Part shown: piece by piece, positions 62,176 to 64,000 of the stretch
Layout of the letters: each line of letters starts with the position of its first letter
Numbering within the stretch: the first letter of the stretch is position 1
Source of the DNA: Nitrospinota bacterium
GTDB taxonomy: Bacteria; Nitrospinota_A; UBA7883; JADGGD01
Reading direction: 5' to 3'
NCBI GenBank assembly: GCA_942491805.1
Contig: CALOCG010000039.1
Location: 28 to 64,027, forward strand
DNA length: 64,000 nt
Translations under genes and position numbers: made by a program
The notes under the pieces: generated by a model
Told to the model about the DNA's origin: nothing
What the model saw: the letters and a program-made list of their open reading frames with translations, nothing else
Database searches by the model: none

Positions 62176-63228
62176 ATGACTCTTTACGATCTACAAGGGA
62201 ATTCGATCACCAAGCTGACCGAAACAAGTTTCGTCGCGGAAGGGATCAAGGAACGTTCCGATCTGCAACGGGTTCTGCGCGAATCGGTGGAGGTTATCGC
62301 TCCCGGTATCATGGTCCTCGCCGAAGAGTTTGGCGACTGGGACGACAGCAAAAGACGCATCGACCTGTTAGGACTCGATAAAGCGGCCAATCTCGTCGTC
62401 ATCGAGCTGAAACGGACCGAAGACGGCGGCCACATGGAATTGCAATCGATTCGCTATGCGGCCATGGTCTCCACCATGACTTTCTCCAAGGCAGTTCAGG
62501 CCCATCAAGATTTTCTCGACAAAAACGGAAAGGAAAAAGACGCCCAAACGTCGATCCTAGAGTTCCTCGGCTGGGACGAACCGAACGAAGAAGAGTTCGC
62601 CCAAGACATTCGGATCATTCTCGCTTCCGCCGAGTTTTCCCGCGAAATCACAACATCGGTGATCTGGCTCAACGAACGAGGGCTCGATATCACCTGCGTT
62701 CGGCTGAAACCGTACCGTCTCGAAGAGAAAATCCTCCTCGACGTGCAGCAGATCGTTCCCCTGCCCGAAGCTGAAGACTATCAAATAAAGATCCGTGAAA
62801 AGGCGATTGAGGAGCGAAAGGCGCGTCGAGACGGGAGGGATTTCACCCGATTCGATCTCACCATTGGCGACACGGAATACATTTCCCTTCCCAAGCGGCG
62901 GCTCATCTTCCATGTCGCCAAAGCTCTTACCGACCAGGGAGTCTCCCCCGAATCGATTCAGGAGATCGCCCGACGAAACGGCATCTGGATTTCGGTCGCA
63001 GGGGATATCGACGAAGAGGAGTTCATCTCGAAAATCGCCGAGATGAAGACGATCCGGGGTGCGGACTATGACATCAGCCGCTTCTTCACCGGCAACGATG
63101 AACTAATGCATACGAAAGATAAAACATGGGCGCTCACAAAGATGTGGGGGCGTCGAACGGAGAGCATCGTCAAAGCGTTACTAAAAGAACATCCGATTCC
63201 CGGACTCGAATTCAAAGAGTCGAGTTAA
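62176..63228 (+). CDS. PD-(D/E)xK (NucS/RecB-like) nuclease-domain protein with uncharacterised C-terminal domain
   Basis: 'EEFGDWDDSKRRIDLLGLDKAANLVVIELKRTEDGGHMELQSIRYAAM' has the D...ExK core typical of NucS/DUF91-type nucleases. The gene is visibly less GC-rich than its neighbours. Confidence 0.65.
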   Translation: MTLYDLQGNSITKLTETSFVAEGIKERSDLQRVLRESVEVIAPGIMVLAEEFGDWDDSKRRIDLLGLDKAANLVVIELKRTEDGGHMELQSIRYAAMVSTMTFSKAVQAHQDFLDKNGKEKDAQTSILEFLGWDEPNEEEFAQDIRIILASAEFSREITTSVIWLNERGLDITCVRLKPYRLEEKILLDVQQIVPLPEAEDYQIKIREKAIEERKARRDGRDFTRFDLTIGDTEYISLPKRRLIFHVAKALTDQGVSPESIQEIARRNGIWISVAGDIDEEEFISKIAEMKTIRGADYDISRFFTGNDELMHTKDKTWALTKMWGRRTESIVKALLKEHPIPGLEFKESS

Positions 63229-64000
63229 CCCCCTACCCCCGCCAGCAACGACGACAAAGCGGCGCCGGGGTCGTCTTCTTTCATAAACGCCGAGCCGATA
63301 AGGAATCCGGCGACACCGCTCTTCTTTAACCGAACGATATCTTTCGCGGTCGAAACGCCGCTTTCGCTAATCAACGTCACCCCCCCCGGCATGCCGGGGG
63401 CGAGTCGTTCGGTCCGGGTCAGATCGAGCGACAAATCGGGACTAGCGAAGTCTCGATTATTAATCCCCACCAGTTCCGGTTCGCACCCTGCCACCCGCTC
63501 CCATTCCAATTCGTCGCCGATCTCGACCAGCGGGGTCAGCCCTAACCCTTCGGCGGTCTCATACATTTCGGCGAAAGCGTCGGAGGAGTCGAAAAGGATC
63601 GACATCAACAAGACCGCGTCGGCGCCGAGAGCGGCGGCTTCGAGAAGTTGCACCGGGTCGATGACGAATTCTTTCCGTAGCACCGGCGCCGCGACCGCCT
63701 GTCGAATCAGCGGCACGTAGCTGGGCGACCCGCAAAAGAATCGGCTGTCGGTAAGACACGAAATGGCGGCGGCGCCTGCTCGCTCATACCCTTTTGCGAT
63801 GGCGACCGGGTCGAACCCGACGGGACGCAACATCCGCGACGGCGAGGCCCGTTTCACTTCGGCGATGATGTTGGCCGAGCGACCGTGCCCCCGCATCGCT
63901 TCGACCAACGACCGTGCGGCCCCCTGCTCTTCCCGCACGAGGGCGGCCCGATCGGCCAACGCCTCAACGGGGACGCTCCGTTTGAAGGCGGCCACCTCGT
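63225..64000 (-). CDS. trpC: indole-3-glycerol phosphate synthase (5' end probably beyond the window)
   Basis: 'IIAEVKRASPS', 'ISCLTDSRFFCGS', 'VLRKEFVIDPVQL', 'ELVGINNRDF', 'LISESG'. The frame remains open to the window edge. Confidence 0.88.
   Translation of the reverse strand, partial: EVAAFKRSVPVEALADRAALVREEQGAARSLVEAMRGHGRSANIIAEVKRASPSRMLRPVGFDPVAIAKGYERAGAAAISCLTDSRFFCGSPSYVPLIRQAVAAPVLRKEFVIDPVQLLEAAALGADAVLLMSILFDSSDAFAEMYETAEGLGLTPLVEIGDELEWERVAGCEPELVGINNRDFASPDLSLDLTRTERLAPGMPGGVTLISESGVSTAKDIVRLKKSGVAGFLIGSAFMKEDDPGAALSSLLAGVGG

Overview
GC-rich chromosomal segment from a diderm (Gram-negative-type) bacterium. It is mostly core genome. The centre is a complete, co-linear division/cell-wall (dcw) cluster on the minus strand: mraZ-rsmH-ftsL-ftsI-murE-murF-mraY-murD-ftsW-murG-murC-murB-ddl-ftsQ-ftsA-ftsZ, from 43138 down to 25255. 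Its sigma70-like promoter and a 10-bp-periodic GTG-repeat MraZ operator are visible upstream. The flanks hold housekeeping genes (trkA, plsY, coaE, maf, mutS2, xerC, argB, pgsA, DAHP synthase, trpC, a GH57 branching enzyme). They also hold signalling genes: cheY, two PAS histidine kinases (one with a CXXCH heme sensor domain), a REC-GAF-GGDEF regulator and an acidic-tail response regulator. There are two tRNAs, Leu(CAA) and a selenocysteine tRNA (UCA). I saw no rRNA, CRISPR array, transposase or phage genes. Points worth a second look: (1) at least nine, probably twelve, reading-frame breaks, nearly all at mononucleotide runs, including essential ftsZ (13-C run) and ftsI. Assembly indel error is the most likely cause, but this needs read-level confirmation. 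(2) A 3.6-copy, 103-bp non-coding tandem array lies between two convergent genes. (3) Two lysine-rich histone-H1-like proteins occur within 3 kb: an AT-hook + winged-helix + K-tail protein, and a DUF4912 protein with about 240 aa of AKKAVAKPV repeats next to GH57. (4) An orphan CsgG-like lipoprotein has an extra C-terminal domain. (5) An ATP-grasp enzyme appears translationally coupled to a TonB-dependent receptor. (6) A lower-GC PD-(D/E)xK nuclease gene is inserted between a CBS gene and trpC. (7) Two sharply AT-rich spacers carry repeated boxes. Many long ORFs in the track are antisense shadow ORFs of this GC-rich DNA and are not called.
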